A stretch of DNA of 64,000 nucleotides from Amycolatopsis vancoresmycina (GTDB taxonomy: Bacteria; Actinomycetota; Actinomycetes; Mycobacteriales; Pseudonocardiaceae), in the NCBI RefSeq assembly GCF_000716785.1, contig NZ_JNYY01000016.1:179259-243258 (forward strand), in the 5' to 3' direction. This document shows positions 60,313 through 64,000 of the stretch, in pieces (the first letter of the stretch is position 1; each line of letters begins with the position of its first letter). The notes under the pieces are model-generated. The model did not search any database, was not told the origin of the DNA, and was given only the letters and a program-made list of their open reading frames with translations. Both the position numbers and the translations under genes were made by a program.

Positions 60313-62258
60313 TCTGCTTCTCCCACCACCGCGAGGATCGTGCCCACTTCGACCTGCTGTCCCACCGTCACCGGCAGTTCCGCCACCACGCCGTCGGCGG
60401 GCGCGGCGATCCGGTGTTCCATCTTCATCGCCTCGAGCCACAGCAACGGGTCGCCCGCCTTGACCGGATCTCCGGCCTGGACGGCGAGCCGGACGACCGT
60501 GCCCGGCATCGGCGCGACCAGCGAGCCCGCCGCGAGCGCCGCGTCCGGGTCGGCGAACCGCGGCGCGGCCTCGAGTGCCACCGAGCCGAGCGCGGAGTCC
60601 ACATAGGACACACCGTCGTGGCGGGCGACGTCGAACGTGCGCCGCACCCCGGCGACGTCGAGCACGACCCGGCCGGGCTCGTTCGACACCAGCTCCACTT
60701 CGAAGCCCTCCGCCCGGAGGCCATCGCGGGTCAGCGAGTAGACCACCTCGTGCTCGCGGCCGGCCACGGTGAAGACCTTGCGCTGCCCGGCCGAGCGGAC
60801 GTTGCGCCAGCCGCTGGGCAACCGGGCCTGCGTGGTCGCTCGCGCCCGGTTGGCCGCCGCTTCCGCCAGTGCCGCGGCGAGCGCGGACAGCCGCTCGGTG
60901 CCGGGCGTGGCCAGCGGCGCGGCGAGCGTGTCCAGGCCGTGGCGGTCGAAGAACGCCGTGTCGGTCTCCCCCGCCAGGAACGCTTCGTGGCGCAGGATGG
61001 TGACCAGGAGGTCGCGGTTGGTCACGACGCCGTGGATCTTCGACGCCGCCAGTGCCTTCGCGAGCCGCCGGGCCGCCTCGGCCCGGGTCGGCGCCCAGGT
61101 GATCACCTTGGCGAGCATCGGGTCGTAGTGCACGCCGACCACCGAACCGGTTTCGAATCCGGAGTCGAGCCGGAGACCGGGTCCGTGCTCGAACGAACGG
61201 TCCACATCGGGCACTTCGAACGTGTGCAGCGTGCCGCTCTGGGGCTGCCAGTTCGCGGCCGGGTCTTCGGCGTAGAGCCGGACTTCGATGGCGTGGCCCA
61301 CCGTCGGCGGCGGGTCGGCCGGGAGCCGCTCGCCCTCGGCGATCCGCAGCTGCAGCGCGACGAGGTCGAGGCCGGTGACGTTCTCGGTGACCGGGTGCTC
61401 GACCTGCAGCCGGGTGTTCATCTCCAGGAAGTAGAACCGGCCGTCGGGCCCGGCGAGGAATTCGACCGTGCCGGCGCCGACGTAGTCGATCGCCTTGGCC
61501 GCTTTGCGCGCGGCGTCGAACAGCTCCTCGCGCATCGCCGCGTCGACGAACGGCGACGGCGCTTCCTCGACGACCTTCTGGTGGCGGCGCTGGATGGAGC
61601 ACTCCCGCTCCCCCACCGCCCACACCGTGCCGTGCCGGTCGGCGAGGACCTGGACCTCGATGTGGCGCCCGGTTTCCAGATACCGCTCGCAGAAGACGGT
61701 CGGGTCGCCGAACGCCGATCCGGCCTCCGCCTTGGCGCTTTCCACGGCCTCGGCGAGTTCGGACAGTTCCCGCACCACCCGCATGCCGCGGCCACCACCA
61801 CCGGCGGATGCCTTGACCAGCAGCGGCAGGTCATCGGAGGTCACCGACGCCGGGTCCAGTTCGGACAGCACCGGCACCCCCGCGGCAGCCATCAGCCGCT
61901 TGGACTCCACTTTGGAGCCCATGGTCTCGATGGCTTCCGGCGGCGGCCCGACCCAGGTCAGCCCGGCGTCGAGGACGGCCCGGGCGAAGGCGGCGTTCTC
62001 GGACAGGAAGCCGTAGCCCGGGTGGACGGCGTCGGCGCCGGTCTCGGCCGCGGCCTTGACCAGTAGCTCGGCCCGCAGGTACGTCTCGGATGGCGCGTTG
62101 CCGGGCAGCCGGACGGCCGTGTCCGCCGCCAGCGCGTGCGGGGCGGCGGCATCGGCGTCGGAGAACACCGCGACCGTGCCGATCCCGGCGTCGCGGCAGG
62201 TGCGGAAGACGCGGCGGGCGATCTCGCCGCGGTTGGCGACCAGCAGGTTCTGGATCAT
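60309..62258 (-). CDS. Biotin-dependent acyl-CoA carboxylase alpha subunit (biotin carboxylase + BCCP), methylcrotonyl-CoA carboxylase-like
   Basis: It has the biotin carboxylase ATP-grasp domain (MIQNLLVANRGEIARRVFRTCRDAGI, EMNTRLQVEHPVTE) and the biotinylation motif EAMKMEH near the C-terminus. Its stop overlaps the ACAD start. Confidence 0.9.
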   Translation of the reverse strand: MIQNLLVANRGEIARRVFRTCRDAGIGTVAVFSDADAAAPHALAADTAVRLPGNAPSETYLRAELLVKAAAETGADAVHPGYGFLSENAAFARAVLDAGLTWVGPPPEAIETMGSKVESKRLMAAAGVPVLSELDPASVTSDDLPLLVKASAGGGGRGMRVVRELSELAEAVESAKAEAGSAFGDPTVFCERYLETGRHIEVQVLADRHGTVWAVGERECSIQRRHQKVVEEAPSPFVDAAMREELFDAARKAAKAIDYVGAGTVEFLAGPDGRFYFLEMNTRLQVEHPVTENVTGLDLVALQLRIAEGERLPADPPPTVGHAIEVRLYAEDPAANWQPQSGTLHTFEVPDVDRSFEHGPGLRLDSGFETGSVVGVHYDPMLAKVITWAPTRAEAARRLAKALAASKIHGVVTNRDLLVTILRHEAFLAGETDTAFFDRHGLDTLAAPLATPGTERLSALAAALAEAAANRARATTQARLPSGWRNVRSAGQRKVFTVAGREHEVVYSLTRDGLRAEGFEVELVSNEPGRVVLDVAGVRRTFDVARHDGVSYVDSALGSVALEAAPRFADPDAALAAGSLVAPMPGTVVRLAVQAGDPVKAGDPLLWLEAMKMEHRIAAPADGVVAELPVTVGQQVEVGTILAVVGEAE

Positions 62259-62265
62259 CGCTCGC

Positions 62266-63864
62266 TCACATCCGGAAGACGCCGAAGCCCTCGGCGCCCT
62301 TCACTGGTCCATTGTGGATCGCGGACAGGCTCAGGCCCAGCACGGTGCGGGTGTCGCGCGGGTCGATGATGCCGTCGTCGTAGAGCATGCCGGAGAGGAA
62401 CATCGGCATCGACTCGGCCTCGATCTGCCCCTCCACCATGGCGCGCATGGCCTTGTCGTGCTCCTCGTTGTACTCCTGGCCCCGGCTTTCGGCCGCCGCG
62501 CGGGCCACGATGGACAGCACGCCGGCCAGCTGCGCCGGGCCCATCACCGCGGACTTCGCGCTCGGCCACGCGAACAGGAACCGCGGATCGTAGGCGCGGC
62601 CGCACATGCCGTAGTGCCCGGCGCCGTAGGACGCTCCCATCAGGACGGACAGGTGCGGCACCTTCGAGTTCGACACGGCGTTGATCATCATCGCGCCGTG
62701 CTTGATGATCCCGCTCTGCTCGTACTCCTTGCCGACCATGTAGCCGGTCGTGTTGTGCAGGAACACCAGCGGCGTGTGGATCTGGTTGGCCAGCTGGATG
62801 AACTGCGCGGCCTTCTGCGACTCCTCGCCGAACAGCACGCCCTGGGCGTTGGCGAGCACGCCGACCGGGTAGCCGTGGATGCTCGCCCAGCCGGTCACCA
62901 GCGACGAGCCGTAGAGCGGCTTGAACTCGTCGAAGTCGGAGCCGTCGACGACACGGGCGATGACCTCGCGCGGGTCGAAGGGCACCTTGAGGTCGGTCGG
63001 GACGATGCCGAGCAGGTCCTCGGTGTCGTACAGCGGCTCGGCGTAGTCCGGCTTCGGCGTCGGGCCCTGCTTGGTCCAGTTGAGCCGCTTGACGATGTTG
63101 CGGCCGAGGCGGATCGCGTCCTGCTCGTCGGCCGCCAGGTAGTCGGCCAGGCCCGAGGTCCGGGCGTGCATCTCGGCGCCGCCGAGCGACTCGTCGTCGG
63201 ACTCCTCGCCGGTGGCCATCTTGACCAGTGGCGGGCCGCCGAGGAACACCTTCGCGCGTTCCTTGACCATCACGACGTAGTCCGACATGCCCGGCAGGTA
63301 CGCCCCGCCCGCGGTGGAGTTGCCGAAGACCAGCGCGATCGTCGGGCAGCCTGCGGCCGAAGCTCGCGTGATGTCGCGGAAGATCCGGCCGCCCGGGATG
63401 AAGATCTCCTTCTGCGTCGGCAGGTCGGCGCCGCCGGATTCGACGAGGTTGATCGACGGCAGCCGGTTCTGCGCGGCGATGTCCGCGGCGCGGAAGCTCT
63501 TCTTGGTCGTCCACGGGTTGCTCGCGCCGCCCTTGACCGTCGGGTCGCTGGCCGAGATCAGGCACTCGACGCCTTCGACGACGCCGATCCCGGTGACCAG
63601 GCTGGCGCCGACGCGGTAGTCGGTGCCCCAGGCGGCCAGCGGCGACAGCTCCAGGAACGGCGAGTCCTCGTCGAGCAGCAGCTCGATGCGTTCCCGCGCG
63701 AGGAGCTTGCCGCGCTTGCGGTGGCGTTCGACGTACTTCTCGCCGCCGCCCGCGACGGCCTTGGCGTGCTCGGCGTCGATCTCGGCGAGCTTCTCCAGCA
63801 TCGCCTCGCGGTTCGCGCCGAACTCGGCGGCCCGCGTGTCCACTGTGGACCTCAAGGTAGTCAC
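62266..63864 (-). CDS. Acyl-CoA carboxylase carboxyltransferase (beta) subunit, methylcrotonyl-CoA carboxylase-beta-like
   Basis: It is a 532-aa carboxyltransferase with N and C domains (GKLLARERIELLLDEDSPFLELSPLAAWG, GGAYLPGMSDYVVMV, HLSVLMGASYGAGHYGM). Confidence 0.9.
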   Translation of the reverse strand: MTTLRSTVDTRAAEFGANREAMLEKLAEIDAEHAKAVAGGGEKYVERHRKRGKLLARERIELLLDEDSPFLELSPLAAWGTDYRVGASLVTGIGVVEGVECLISASDPTVKGGASNPWTTKKSFRAADIAAQNRLPSINLVESGGADLPTQKEIFIPGGRIFRDITRASAAGCPTIALVFGNSTAGGAYLPGMSDYVVMVKERAKVFLGGPPLVKMATGEESDDESLGGAEMHARTSGLADYLAADEQDAIRLGRNIVKRLNWTKQGPTPKPDYAEPLYDTEDLLGIVPTDLKVPFDPREVIARVVDGSDFDEFKPLYGSSLVTGWASIHGYPVGVLANAQGVLFGEESQKAAQFIQLANQIHTPLVFLHNTTGYMVGKEYEQSGIIKHGAMMINAVSNSKVPHLSVLMGASYGAGHYGMCGRAYDPRFLFAWPSAKSAVMGPAQLAGVLSIVARAAAESRGQEYNEEHDKAMRAMVEGQIEAESMPMFLSGMLYDDGIIDPRDTRTVLGLSLSAIHNGPVKGAEGFGVFRM

Positions 63865-63875
63865 GAGGTGTATCC

Positions 63876-64000
63876 CAATCGCTTCGCGGCCAGGCCGGTG
63901 AGGATCTCGGTGGTGCCGCCGCCGATGCCGAGGATCCGGACGTCGCGGTAGTGGCGCTCCACTTCGGACTCGCGCATGTAGCCGAGCCCGCCGTGCAGCT
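63876..64000 (-). CDS. Acyl-CoA dehydrogenase, 3' end only (the gene continues beyond the window end)
   Basis: The minus-strand translation of 63876-64000 ends ...LHGGLGYMRESEVERHYRDVRILGIGGGTTEILTGLAAKRLGYTS*, which is the ACAD C-terminal signature (YxRExxVERxxRDxRI..I.eGTneI). Confidence 0.65.

Noticed and set aside
58546-63951. ORFs 58546..60063 +, 60414..62066 + and 62056..63951 + over the liu cluster
   Set aside because: They are antisense artefacts. The minus-strand frames match ACAD, biotin carboxylase and carboxyltransferase signatures.

Overview
This window is a high-GC (about 70-72%) actinomycete chromosomal segment, and I found no rRNA, tRNA, CRISPR array, transposase or integrase in it. 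The six-frame track omits ORFs that run off the window edge, and most of its long Arg/Gly/Pro-rich ORFs are antisense or off-frame artefacts of the GC bias. The real genes below were identified by motif reading, ribosome-binding sites and gene overlaps.

Gene content in order:
- 1-4252 (-): the 5' end of an NRPS gene, with domain order A-T-C-A, truncated at the window start.
- 5.1-11.2 kb: a secreted S33 aminopeptidase, a cytosolic CotH-like kinase, a DUF3616-like protein, an Lrp/AsnC regulator and an F420/luciferase-like oxidoreductase.
- 11.5-16.2 kb: a xylan-degradation cluster (GH10 xylanase+CBM2, GH43+CBM6, CBM2+GH43).
- 16.4-48.4 kb: a regulator-rich accessory stretch with several protease-centred, defense-like modules (listed below).
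- After 48.4 kb: mostly housekeeping and metabolic genes, including a DasR/dre-controlled GH18 chitinase, MurJ, and a TetR-ACAD-MCC alpha-MCC beta leucine-catabolic cluster with a further partial ACAD gene at the window end.

The defense-like modules in the accessory stretch are:
- (i) A low-GC (about 58-60%) two-gene operon of an unknown Asn/Thr/Gly-rich 467-aa protein followed by a cytosolic trypsin-like protease.
- (ii) A translationally coupled four-gene operon: palm-domain nucleotidyl-cyclase-like protein, SPFH/flotillin-like protein, membrane-anchored CHAT protease, and a signal-peptide/coiled-coil membrane protein.
- (iii) A bacterial NACHT (STAND) NTPase.
- (iv) A Trypco2-like small protein coupled to a caspase(C14)-Hsp70 fusion.

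The best candidates for an undescribed system are the SPFH-CHAT-cyclase operon, the caspase-Hsp70 module and the low-GC protein/protease pair.
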